This document shows positions 35,699 to 45,307 of a stretch of 64,000 nucleotides of DNA, piece after piece (position 1 is the first letter of the stretch; each line of letters starts with the position of its first letter). Under the pieces are notes generated by a model. That model was not told where the DNA came from. It did no database searches and saw only the letters and a list, made by a program, of their open reading frames with translations. This stretch comes from an uncultured Phycisphaeraceae bacterium (GTDB lineage Bacteria; Planctomycetota; Phycisphaerae; UBA1845): NCBI GenBank assembly GCA_964424105.1, contig CAYRHJ010000030.1, positions 54,227 to 118,226 on the forward strand. The letters are read 5' to 3'. The position numbers were made by a program, and so were the translations under genes.

Positions 35699-36685
35699 TT
35701 AAACGGCGGAACCCAATCGGCGAATTCGCTCGTATCGGCGAACCAGGATCGAATCGATGGGCTGGGCGGACAGTTCCCGCAGCGTTTCGGAAAGGTAGGA
35801 TTCCAACACGTCAGCGGCTTGAAAGCGACTGCAATGGGCACCGCCCAGCGGCTCGTCCAGAATGTCATCGATGAGATCGAGACGTTTCAGGTCGCAGGCT
35901 CGCAAGGATAATTCGTTGGCGGCGATGGGGGCCATCTCGGTGGTGCGGAACAAGATCGCGGCGCAACCTTCGGGGGTGATGACGGAGAAGTAGCTGTGTT
36001 TGAACATGGCCAATCGATCGCCCACGCCGATTCCGAGTGCGCCACCACTGCCACCCTCGCCTATGACGACACAGATGATGGGGACGCGGAGGCGTGACAT
36101 TTCGCGGATGTTGATGGCCAGGGAGTGGGCGATGCCGCGTTCCTCCGCACCGACGCCGGGATAGGCGCCGGGGGTATCGATCCAGGTGACGATGGGCAAA
36201 CGGAATTTTTCCGCGAGTTTCATTTTGGAAAGCGCCTTGCGGTACCCTTCCGGATGGGCATACCCCGAACAATGGGTGGTGCCGTCTTTCGTGTCTCGCC
36301 CCTTGTTGTGGCCCACAAGCATGACCCGATGTCCGGCGATGCGACCGAAGGCGGTCACCAGCGACCGGTCGTCGCCATAGGATCGATCGCCGTGCAATTC
36401 CAGAAAGTCGGTTACGATCAGCTCCACATAATCGCCCAAACGGGGTCGGCGGGGGTGCCGAGACAATCGAACGGTTTCCGCGCCATCGAGTGATTCACAA
36501 TCCTCGAGTCGGACTTTCCAGGAAACCCCGGTCGTCGTGCGGACCTGCTGACCGAGCAGGCCGAAAGGTCGAATGGGGATGTTTGAACCGTCGGCTGATT
36601 GCGAACGCCCGTTGCCCGAAGCGGGATCGGGTTGATGGGCTGCCGGCGCGGATTCCGCATTATTCCGTAGGGGTGAAACTTCCAT
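35699..36685 (-). CDS. accA: Acetyl-CoA carboxylase carboxyltransferase alpha subunit.
   Basis: RHPRRPRLGDYVELIVTDFLELHGDR and PIVTWIDTPGAYPGVGAEERG are diagnostic AccA motifs. Confidence 0.85.
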   Translation of the reverse strand: MEVSPLRNNAESAPAAHQPDPASGNGRSQSADGSNIPIRPFGLLGQQVRTTTGVSWKVRLEDCESLDGAETVRLSRHPRRPRLGDYVELIVTDFLELHGDRSYGDDRSLVTAFGRIAGHRVMLVGHNKGRDTKDGTTHCSGYAHPEGYRKALSKMKLAEKFRLPIVTWIDTPGAYPGVGAEERGIAHSLAINIREMSRLRVPIICVVIGEGGSGGALGIGVGDRLAMFKHSYFSVITPEGCAAILFRTTEMAPIAANELSLRACDLKRLDLIDDILDEPLGGAHCSRFQAADVLESYLSETLRELSAQPIDSILVRRYERIRRLGSAV

Positions 36686-37090
36686 CAGGCCCTTTCCAGG
36701 GTGTACGGGAGGTGTGTCGTTATCGGACCAGCCTGCCGTGATTTTCCCGCCGCTTGACGATTATAGCGAATCCGTGTGCCATGATTCAATGGCCTAGCTC
36801 TGCTATCTGCTATAGGAGTGTACGTCATAATGGCTGGAAATCTTTCGGTAAGCAGCCCGTGGACGAATACGTCGGGCCGGACCGACCCGCGAAAGCGAAA
36901 CCGTCGTTGGACTTTCGGATGGGTGCGGTATTGCGAAGCCATGTTATTGGGACCAATGTCCGATCCGATCCGGCACGAATGCAGGCCGGAACAACGTTCC
37001 ATCGCCGAGGGCATTCGAACGCTATGGTCGGGGCTTGATGCCGGGTACAGTGGATATTGTGATAGGAAACGCTGCGGAGAAAAACAGAAC

Positions 37091-37486
37091 GTGAAGAACA
37101 CGAAGCGACGAGTGTTGGATGTGGGGAACTGCGATCCGGATCACGCAGCCATGCTGCGGCTGCTGGGTCATTTTGACGTTCACGTGGATCGGGTGATGCA
37201 TGTCGAGGAGGCGTTGTCGGCCCTGCACGGTAATCGATATGAACTGGTGCTCGTTAATCGACTGGTTTTCGCGGACGGCAGTGACGCCCTGCCGCTGATC
37301 GAACGGATGAAAGCTGATCCGGAGCTTCGGGCCGTGCCCGTCATGATGATCAGCAATTACGCCGACGCCCAAAATCGTGCGGTGGCCGCCGGAGCACTGC
37401 CCGGTTTCGGCAAAGCGGCCATGAACGACGCAGCGACCATTGCCCAGCTCAAGTCGGTGCTATCGTCGACAGTGGAGGCGAATTGA
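37091..37486 (+). CDS. Single-domain response regulator receiver (CheY-like).
   Basis: GTG start after the ggaga SD. RVLDVGNCDPDHAAMLRLLGHFDVHVDRVMHVEEALSAL...ELVLVNRLVF is a receiver fold. The ORF could instead start at 36818. Confidence 0.55.
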   Translation: MKNTKRRVLDVGNCDPDHAAMLRLLGHFDVHVDRVMHVEEALSALHGNRYELVLVNRLVFADGSDALPLIERMKADPELRAVPVMMISNYADAQNRAVAAGALPGFGKAAMNDAATIAQLKSVLSSTVEAN

Positions 37487-37634
37487 GTTGGCTGATGAAT
37501 GTCGGATTGAAAAGGCTGCAAATCGTGCGTGACTTCATTCCGGCCTAGGGGTTATAATCCCCGGTGAATGCGGAGCGGAGGCGCGGGCCGTTTCCGAACG
37601 AATATGACATGTCCCGTTCGGTAAGGGAGGACCG

Positions 37635-38711
37635 ATGCGAACCATCGCCATCATCAATCAAAAAGGCGGCGTGGGAAAAACCACGACCACGACCAACGTC
37701 GGCGCAGCGCTGGCCGCCAAGGGTCAACGGGTTTTATTGATCGACCTTGACCCGCAGGCCCACTTGACCATCAATTTCGGTTTGGAGCCGGACGACGACC
37801 GCGACGGCATTTACGGCGTGCTGACCGACGGGACTCCGCTCGAGCAGGAGCTGGTCGAGGTGCGTGAAAACATCGCCTTGGTTCCGTCCAACATCGACTT
37901 GGCCGCTGCCGAGTTGGAACTCGTCAGCGTGGTGGGTCGGGAAGTCATACTGCGTGACGCGGTGCGGACGGTGGCGGATCGATTCGACTATCTGCTGGTT
38001 GATTGCCCGCCGTCGTTGGGCGTGTTGACGGTCAACGCGCTCACCGCGGTGGACGAGGTCTTCATCCCGCTTCAGCCGCATTTCCTGGCGCTGCAAGGGC
38101 TGGGAAAGCTGATGAACGACACCATCAGGCTGGTCACGAAGCGGATTCATCCGGGGCTGCGTGTTAGCGGCGTGATTCTGACCATGTTCGAAGGCGGTAC
38201 GCGATTGGCCGGCGAAATCGTGGACGACGTGCGGACGTTTTTCGACGCGGCTCGCGGCACCGATTGCCCCTGGTCCGATACGATGGTCTTTCAGACCATG
38301 ATCCGTCGAAACATCAAGCTGGCGGAGGCGCCCAGTCATGGGAAGACCATCTTCGAATACGAACCGCGTTGTCACGGGGCCGAGGACTACGCCGCGCTGG
38401 CTGATGAAATGCTGGCCATGATAAACGTTACCACCGCGAGCGAATCGGTGCCCAACGTTGCACCGCCTATCGCAGTCGCGCGTGCCGGACGGCCCGTTAA
38501 GAGTGCCAGTAAGCACGAAGCCGCGACCGACGACCGTGGCCAACGCGTACGAACGACCCCATCTCGTACGGCGACGATCGAGACGATCGCATCGGAGGCA
38601 GCATCATCTGAACGCCAGACGCGCGACGCTGGGGATGAATCCAACCTCAAGTTGCAAGAATCCAGATCGAGCGCATCCAAGGCGCGCGTTGATTTAGCCA
38701 ACAGTGCATAG
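37635..38711 (+). CDS. ParA/Soj-family P-loop ATPase with a disordered C-terminal extension of about 100 aa. No parB is adjacent.
   Basis: Strong SD aagggagga precedes the start. Deviant Walker A IINQKGGVGKTTTTTNVGAAL is present. The C-terminal tail is low complexity. Confidence 0.85.
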   Translation: MRTIAIINQKGGVGKTTTTTNVGAALAAKGQRVLLIDLDPQAHLTINFGLEPDDDRDGIYGVLTDGTPLEQELVEVRENIALVPSNIDLAAAELELVSVVGREVILRDAVRTVADRFDYLLVDCPPSLGVLTVNALTAVDEVFIPLQPHFLALQGLGKLMNDTIRLVTKRIHPGLRVSGVILTMFEGGTRLAGEIVDDVRTFFDAARGTDCPWSDTMVFQTMIRRNIKLAEAPSHGKTIFEYEPRCHGAEDYAALADEMLAMINVTTASESVPNVAPPIAVARAGRPVKSASKHEAATDDRGQRVRTTPSRTATIETIASEAASSERQTRDAGDESNLKLQESRSSASKARVDLANSA

Positions 38712-38721
38712 ATCAGGATTC

Positions 38722-39102
38722 ATGCGGTTATCGCCGACGACGTGGCGGACGGGGTGGATCGTCTGGTGGGTCGCGTTGTTCGTCATCATGCACACGCCCA
38801 AGCTCCCGCGCATTCACTCGCGGGTCGATCACGTCGACAAGCTGTTTCATTTCGCGGGATACGCCATGCTGGCTTGGTTGTGCACCGTCTCCGCACGCGC
38901 ACGGGGGACGGAGCTTTCGCGCGGTTGGTTTGGCCGCTGGACGGCTGCATTTGCCGGATACGCCGTCATCGACGAACTTCTGCAACCGATCGTGGGCCGC
39001 TCGACGGACCCCTGGGATTGGTTGGCAGACATGACCGGCGTGGTGGCCGCGTTCCTGCTGGTGCATTTCGCCGATCGGCCTGGTCGAACAATCGCGCCGT
39101 GA
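38722..39102 (+). CDS. VanZ-like membrane protein.
   Basis: About 125 aa with 4 TM segments. DKLFHFAGYAMLAWL is typical of VanZ. Confidence 0.5.
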   Translation: MRLSPTTWRTGWIVWWVALFVIMHTPKLPRIHSRVDHVDKLFHFAGYAMLAWLCTVSARARGTELSRGWFGRWTAAFAGYAVIDELLQPIVGRSTDPWDWLADMTGVVAAFLLVHFADRPGRTIAP

Positions 39103-39266
39103 ACCGTGGGGCGAGAAACATCGGAAATGAGCCGACACCTTTCGACGTCTTTTCGAGCCGCGATCGAATTGCGATGGGGTGCATCGTCGAATCTGCGGGC
39201 CCGGGAATATAGGCAACGGCGAACCGGCGACGGACGTGCGTGCGGTCGTGCTGACTTTTCGTGCGA

Positions 39267-40358
39267 TTACGTCAGCCGTTTGGGGTTGTTGGCGAATCGT
39301 CGTGCCGTTTCGGCGGAAATGCTTCCGCAGTGGACCAGCTCGCACAACCGGTCATCCAGGCAAATCATACCCTCGCTTTTGCCGGCGAGGATGGCGTCGG
39401 ACAGCGCCTCGACCTTCCCGAAGCGGATGGCTGCCGACACGGGAAGACTGTTCAGCATGACCTCGAACGCCAGGGCGCGGCGGTCGCCCTCGTTGGTGGG
39501 CGGGAGGAGGTGCTGGGAGATGACACAACGCAGGCTCATGGCCAGTTGACTGCGCAACTCCGCCTGGGACCCACCCGAAAACATGTCCGCTAAGCGGGTG
39601 ATGGCCCCCTTGGCATCGCGGGTATGCAGGGTGGTCAAGACGAGGTGACCGGTTTCCGCGGCTGTCACCGCCAACTGCGCGGTTTCCCGGTCGCGGATTT
39701 CGCCAACCAGAATCACGTCGGGGTCCTGGCGCAGGCCGTATTTCAATCCGTCGGAAAAGCTACGAACATCGGTGCCCACCTCCCGCTGGGTAATGATCGT
39801 ATCGCGTCGCGGTTCGAAGACGTATTCGACGGGTTCTTCGAGCGTCAGGATTCGAAATCCGCCCCGTTCGTTGAGCATCTGAATGATCATGGCCATGGTA
39901 GTCGATTTGCCTGATCCGGTGACGCCGGTGAACAAAACCAGCCCGTTTCGAAATTGACAGATTTTTTCCGCGACGTGGGATGGGAAGCCGGACCATTCAA
40001 ATGACGGCACGTCCTGTAGAATGACACGGATGGAGCATCCCAGGGTTCCGCGGCTGTGAAACGCGTTTACGCGGAAACGGCGTGGCGAGCCATCGAAATT
40101 CCGCTGAAGGGCGAAGTCAGCGTCGTGAGATTCGCGCAGCTTGGTCATGATTTCCGGCGGACAGAGGGAGCGAAGTAATTCGGACATCTGTGACGAGTCG
40201 AGGGGATGGTCAGTGGTCCAGCAGAGTCGGCCATGACGACGAAACGCCGGCGGGCTGTCGGAAATCAGGTGAATGTCGGATATTTCGTCCCGAACCGCGG
40301 ATTCCAGTAGTTGGTTTACTAGTTCCGTTGCGGTCGGTTCCGCGGTGAGCAGGGCCAT
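39267..40358 (-). CDS. pilT: Twitching motility ATPase PilT/PilU family.
   Basis: Walker A GVTGSGKSTT, Asp box, ILVGEIRD Walker B and His box TLHT. Start was set at MALLTAEP after the ggaga SD. Confidence 0.85.
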   Translation of the reverse strand: MALLTAEPTATELVNQLLESAVRDEISDIHLISDSPPAFRRHGRLCWTTDHPLDSSQMSELLRSLCPPEIMTKLRESHDADFALQRNFDGSPRRFRVNAFHSRGTLGCSIRVILQDVPSFEWSGFPSHVAEKICQFRNGLVLFTGVTGSGKSTTMAMIIQMLNERGGFRILTLEEPVEYVFEPRRDTIITQREVGTDVRSFSDGLKYGLRQDPDVILVGEIRDRETAQLAVTAAETGHLVLTTLHTRDAKGAITRLADMFSGGSQAELRSQLAMSLRCVISQHLLPPTNEGDRRALAFEVMLNSLPVSAAIRFGKVEALSDAILAGKSEGMICLDDRLCELVHCGSISAETARRFANNPKRLT

Positions 40359-40582
40359 GGTGGATTTCTCCCGGATCGAGATAGCCGAGCCGCCCAGCCG
40401 TCCGGCGGCTACTATTCCGTTAGGTCGGTTCGTTCGTGACGGAGGGCCAGTGACGATGCCACATGTTGGACGGGTTAAGGGTCCCAAAAAAAATGGCCCA
40501 GCGGACGTCATCCATTTACGCCCCTGAGTCGTCATGTCTGGTGGCGGAACGAATTGAAAAACGGATTCGGCGGCCCGATTGG

Positions 40583-41662
40583 ATGGGAACAATGTTGACG
40601 ACAATTGCGAGGGTGGCGATGAGAATCAATGGACCGATAGGAAGGGCCTGGGTGGGATTGGCGGTTTTGTCTGCGGTTAACGGGTGCGTCAAACGAAAGG
40701 AATGGATAGTTGTGAAACCGGACGGCGCCATCCACTGGCGCATCGAAAACGAGGGTGGGCAAGAAGATATGGAAACGGGCGCACCGGCGATGACCCACCT
40801 GCCGGGTTGGAAGTTTTCGAGCGAGGTCCGGCGAGACGACGATGATGAAACGGTTGTTCGGAAGGCGGAGATCACGCTGCAAGCGGGTTCGAGTTTTCCC
40901 ACCACCTATCCCGCAGACGATGTCGCGGGTGCGGAATTGGCTGTCCAATTCACGACCACGTTGACTCGCGAACCGCGTGCGGACGGAGTCTATTATCATT
41001 TTCGCCGCGTGTATCAACCGCGAGAATGGGCGTTCGTGAATTATTGGCACGAGGAAATGGTTCAAAAACCTTTGGAACGGGGAGGTGGCGGGCCGGTGGA
41101 GAATATGAGTCAGGAAAAAAAGGAGGAGCTGGTTCAAAACGCCGTTGACTACGAAGCGCTCAAACACCTGGCCTTCGCCCGTCGGGCCATCGATCAAATT
41201 CAACCATTGATGGCACAGGATTCCTGGTTGAAAATCCGAGAAACTGTTCTTCAGGTCGCGCGATCCACCGACCGAGAGCTGTTGATGCGGCTTCTCGAAC
41301 AAGGGGGTGACGAGGGCGATTCGGATCCGTCAGGAGACCGATTGGTTCAATTCGGGCGAACATTGGGTGAAAGCATGACCCAGGCCGCCAGGGAGATGCT
41401 GCGCGAATTGCGGTTCTCGCCCGCTTATGCCCAAGAGTTCGAACGATTGGTCAAGCTCGAAATGAGGCGCTACGCCATAACCGAAGACTACGGCGACGAG
41501 GAATGGGAAGTGGTGGTTGAGTTGCCGGGAACGGTGGTGGCCCATAATGGTGATCCTTCTGAAGACGGTGAGCTTCGCTGGACATTTGACGGTCGCGCGT
41601 TATTCGACCGGCCGGTCGAGTTGCTGGCAACGTGCGTCTTGAAACCGGATGACCGGCATTAG
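40583..41662 (+). CDS. Hypothetical lipoprotein.
   Basis: Lipobox LAVLSAVNGC. No recognisable domain. It is divergent from pilT. Confidence 0.5.
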   Translation: MGTMLTTIARVAMRINGPIGRAWVGLAVLSAVNGCVKRKEWIVVKPDGAIHWRIENEGGQEDMETGAPAMTHLPGWKFSSEVRRDDDDETVVRKAEITLQAGSSFPTTYPADDVAGAELAVQFTTTLTREPRADGVYYHFRRVYQPREWAFVNYWHEEMVQKPLERGGGGPVENMSQEKKEELVQNAVDYEALKHLAFARRAIDQIQPLMAQDSWLKIRETVLQVARSTDRELLMRLLEQGGDEGDSDPSGDRLVQFGRTLGESMTQAAREMLRELRFSPAYAQEFERLVKLEMRRYAITEDYGDEEWEVVVELPGTVVAHNGDPSEDGELRWTFDGRALFDRPVELLATCVLKPDDRH

Positions 41663-41791
41663 CGTCAGGGCTAACAAGTTCCAAGCCGTGACCGAGGCGA
41701 AGCGTTCCGATCGCAGGGCAGGTCGTTCAGGGTGTTGAGCGCTTGAAGTATGGATCGCTGCGGCGGGGACCATCGTGATCGGGGACCGGCC

Positions 41792-42301
41792 ATGAACGGA
41801 CAGATCGACGCCATGAAAGATTTCGAAGTTCACCGCTCGTCCGTCTACGCATGGGCCTTCCGACTGCTTCGCAACCATCACGACGCGATGGATGCGACCC
41901 AGGAAGTGTTCGTCAAGTGGTGGCAGGCCCAGCGCATCGGTCATCGGCCCGATCATTTGCCGGCCTGGCTGAGACGGGTCACGATCAATCAGAGCATCAG
42001 CCTGCTTCGCAATACGATTCGTCGCGCGAAAGGCGAACGTCTTGCAAAATCAAGTCCCGTGGAATTCGCGGAGGCGAAGGGTCGTAACATCGCCCGGGCG
42101 GTGGGTCGAGCGATGGAGGAAATGTCGGAGCAACAACGAGCCGTGCTGTTTGCGAAAGTGTTTGACGGATGCACGTTCGCGACGATCGCGGATCAAATGG
42201 AATTGAGCGTGCCGACGGTCAAGACGCATTATCTGCGCGCTTTGAAGGCAGTCAGGCGTGTCTTTGCAAGCGAAGGGATCGTCGACCACGATGATGCCTA
42301 G
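41792..42301 (+). CDS. ECF-type sigma-70 family RNA polymerase sigma factor.
   Basis: Region 2 (FVKWWQAQ, RVTINQSISLLR) and a region 4 HTH (TFATIADQMELSVPTVKTHYLRALK). Confidence 0.8.
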   Translation: MNGQIDAMKDFEVHRSSVYAWAFRLLRNHHDAMDATQEVFVKWWQAQRIGHRPDHLPAWLRRVTINQSISLLRNTIRRAKGERLAKSSPVEFAEAKGRNIARAVGRAMEEMSEQQRAVLFAKVFDGCTFATIADQMELSVPTVKTHYLRALKAVRRVFASEGIVDHDDA

Positions 42302-42510
42302 TACCGCGTTTCAGAAGTCCTGCGACTATGGGCAACGGGGTCATTGCGCGTACGTAGGTCCGCGCGAACTGACCCTTGACAACGCTGCGCGTCGTAAAAG
42401 GCAGGCGTTCGCGGCTCGCCAATCGCCCTTCGTCGCACAATTTATGAAACGCGGTACTAGGTCGGCGGCCACTTGTGTGACGCGTCTATCAGTGATTGTG
42501 GGAACGAATC

Positions 42511-42981
42511 ATGAAATGCGATGACATTCACAACCAATTGGCGGACTATCTGGGCGGCGAGTTGCAGGCCGATCTGGCGGAGCAGATGGATGCCCATCTG
42601 GCGACGTGTCCCGTCTGCCGAGAAGAAAAGGCTTCATTACAAGAAGCCCTGCGGCTGATGAGCCAACTATCCGGTCCGGTGGGGATGCCCGCGAGTCGAG
42701 CCGCGGAATTGCCGACGCCCTGGCCACGGTCGGGCGGCTGGCGGCGCGTAATGCCGTACGCGGCTATGCTTGTTCTCGGAATGGGTATCGGGTGGCTGAC
42801 GAAACCCACTGAAACATCACCGGACGTCCAGCGCCCGATGGTTTTCTCTGACGACGGGTCGATGTTCGCCCGCTGGGATTCATCAGCGGGGTGGTTGAAC
42901 GCCGCCCACCTTGCATCATCGGACAGCAACCGATTCGCAAGAAATTGGCTGCGGTTTTCCAGGGCCCTTTCACACCCCTAA
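42511..42981 (+). CDS. Zinc-finger (zf-HC2) anti-sigma factor, single-pass membrane protein.
   Basis: HLATCPVCREE motif and one TM helix. It lies immediately downstream of the ECF sigma gene. Confidence 0.65.
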   Translation: MKCDDIHNQLADYLGGELQADLAEQMDAHLATCPVCREEKASLQEALRLMSQLSGPVGMPASRAAELPTPWPRSGGWRRVMPYAAMLVLGMGIGWLTKPTETSPDVQRPMVFSDDGSMFARWDSSAGWLNAAHLASSDSNRFARNWLRFSRALSHP

Positions 42982-43146
42982 CGTCAGTGGTCGATTGCGC
43001 GACAGTGGCCTATACTACTGGGAAGGACAAACGGGAAACCGCGAGAACAGCCCGTGCGGGGCTGCACGGCAGTCACCAAGATGATTTGCCGAACGAAAAA
43101 GCGGTCGACGGGTAGGGCAGGCAATGCCGCCGAGGCGAGAGGTGGG

Positions 43147-44451
43147 ATGATTCAAGCTGCGATCGAACCTGATCTTTCCGACATCGCAGCCAAGGTTCAT
43201 GCCGGTGAACGGTTGACCCACGCGGATGGGGTGCGCCTGTTTGAGTCGCGAGATATTCACACCGTCGGGTCGCTGGCCAACCACGTTCGCGAGCGGAAGC
43301 ACGGGCGATCGGCCTACTACAACATCAACCGTCATATCAATTATTCGAACCTGTGCGTGTTGCGGTGCAAATTCTGTTCGTTCTATAGGCCCTATGAAAA
43401 GGAAGGCCTGCCGGCACACAAGCAGGTGGTTAGGAAGAACGGAACGGAACGACCGGAGTCGTCGGGAGCGCGGGAGGCGAGTGGCGCCCCGGGGTTGCTG
43501 CCGGTTTTGGGTTCAACCGTGGCCTATGGCGGGGCAGGCGACATCAGGCATGATGATCGATATGAGCTAAGCGTGGAAGAAATCGTCGCCCGGGCGCGGG
43601 AAGCGTATGAGCGCGGGGCGACGGAGGTGCACATCGTCGGCGGATTGCATCCCAAGCTGCCGTTTTCGTATTATCTGGAAATGTGCCGGGGCATTCGCCA
43701 AGCCTGCCCGCGGATGCACGTCAAGGCTTTCACAGCCATCGAGATCATTCATTTCACGCGCATCACGCGACCGCGGATGACGATAGGGGAGGTGCTGTCG
43801 TCCTTGCAAGGCGCGGGGTTGGGGTCGCTGCCGGGCGGCGGGGCGGAGATTTTCGACGATCGGGTTCACGACGAAGCATTCAAGAACAAGGTCGGCGAGG
43901 CGGAGTGGTTCGACGTTCATCGCACCGCGCACGAGTTGGGCATCTACACCAACGCCACCATGTTGTACGGGCATGTCGAAAGTCGAGCGGAGCGCGTCAA
44001 CCATCTTCTGAAGCTGCGAGACCATCAGGATGAATCGATTGCGAATCGCAAGGCGCGTTTCAATTGCGTCATCCCACTTTCGTTTGTCCCGGACGGCAGC
44101 GAATTGGACCATATACCCACGCCGACGGGTTTGGAGGACTTGAAAACCCTGGCCATCAGCCGCCTGATGCTGGACAACGTGCCCCATGTCAAGGCCTTTT
44201 GGATCATGCAGAGTCCCAAGCTGGCGCAGGTCAGTTTGAATTGGGGCGTGGACGACGTCGATGGGACGGTCGTTTATTACGACATCACCAAGCGGGAGGG
44301 CGGCGGGACCCATCAGGAATTGACCGTCGAGCGATTGCAACGACTGATCACGGAAGCCGGTTGCATCCCCGTAGAACGAGACACGCTGTATCGCAGGGTC
44401 AGGAGGACGGGCGTGACCGAATGGTCCACAGACGTCGATGACGCGTTGTAG
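43147..44451 (+). CDS. MqnC/MqnE-type radical SAM enzyme (futalosine menaquinone pathway) carrying an internal insertion of about 45 aa.
   Basis: CVLRCKFCSF cluster, GATEVHIVGG and AIEIIHF motifs are shared with the CofH/MqnC/MqnE family. The extra segment AHKQVVRKNGTERPESSGAREASGAPGLLPVLG follows the Cys cluster. Confidence 0.75.
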   Translation: MIQAAIEPDLSDIAAKVHAGERLTHADGVRLFESRDIHTVGSLANHVRERKHGRSAYYNINRHINYSNLCVLRCKFCSFYRPYEKEGLPAHKQVVRKNGTERPESSGAREASGAPGLLPVLGSTVAYGGAGDIRHDDRYELSVEEIVARAREAYERGATEVHIVGGLHPKLPFSYYLEMCRGIRQACPRMHVKAFTAIEIIHFTRITRPRMTIGEVLSSLQGAGLGSLPGGGAEIFDDRVHDEAFKNKVGEAEWFDVHRTAHELGIYTNATMLYGHVESRAERVNHLLKLRDHQDESIANRKARFNCVIPLSFVPDGSELDHIPTPTGLEDLKTLAISRLMLDNVPHVKAFWIMQSPKLAQVSLNWGVDDVDGTVVYYDITKREGGGTHQELTVERLQRLITEAGCIPVERDTLYRRVRRTGVTEWSTDVDDAL

Positions 44452-44569
44452 GGCCATGTTCAGACGACGACCTAAAGCGCTGTTTCGCGATCGACCGCAC
44501 GTTCGCTTTCCATCGTTTACACTTCCGTCATCCGCTTTATAATGACCCATAACCATTCGGAGTCGCACG

Positions 44570-45307
44570 TTGGCCCAGTTGGGTGTCAATATCGATCATG
44601 TGGCTACGATTCGCCAAGCCCGCCGTACGGACGAGCCTAATCCGATTTGGGCGGCGGTCGAAGCGGAATTGGGCGGAGCGGACGGGATTACGTTTCATCT
44701 TCGCGAAGACCGTCGGCATATCAACGATCAAGACGCACGAGTTCTCCGCGAGACGGTGGCGGTCAAGCTGAACATGGAAATGGCGATGGCCCCCGAAATC
44801 GTGGAGATCGCCGGCACGTTGAAACCGGACCAAGCCACCTTGGTGCCCGAGCGGCGCGAGGAGATCACCACGGAAGGCGGATTGAACGTGGTGACGCACA
44901 AACGTCGAGTGGCTGACGTCGTTCAGCGCCTGAAAGGTGTTGGAATATCAACCAGCGCGTTCATCGAGCCCTTGCCCGATCAAATCAACACCGCGGCTGA
45001 TATCGGTTTCGACGCCGTCGAGTTGTGGACGGGCGGATATGCCCACGCCCACGGTTTGGAGGAGACGGACGCCGCCCTCGATACGCTGATCGAAGCCGTG
45101 CAGATTGGTTTGCGGGCCGGGCTGGTGGTCCACGGCGGACATGGGTTGACCTATCGAAACGTGGGGCCCGTGGCAGCGATACCAGGATTTACGGAGTTTA
45201 ACATCGGGCATTCCATCGTTTCGAGGGCGATTTTCGTGGGCATGCGGGAGGCAGTGCATACCATGAAGAACCTGTTGATTCGACACGCCCCCGTGGAGGA
45301 CATTTGA
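44570..45307 (+). CDS. pdxJ: Pyridoxine 5'-phosphate synthase.
   Basis: LGVNIDHVATIRQAR and GITFHLREDRRHI motifs match PdxJ throughout. Confidence 0.9.
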   Translation: MAQLGVNIDHVATIRQARRTDEPNPIWAAVEAELGGADGITFHLREDRRHINDQDARVLRETVAVKLNMEMAMAPEIVEIAGTLKPDQATLVPERREEITTEGGLNVVTHKRRVADVVQRLKGVGISTSAFIEPLPDQINTAADIGFDAVELWTGGYAHAHGLEETDAALDTLIEAVQIGLRAGLVVHGGHGLTYRNVGPVAAIPGFTEFNIGHSIVSRAIFVGMREAVHTMKNLLIRHAPVEDI

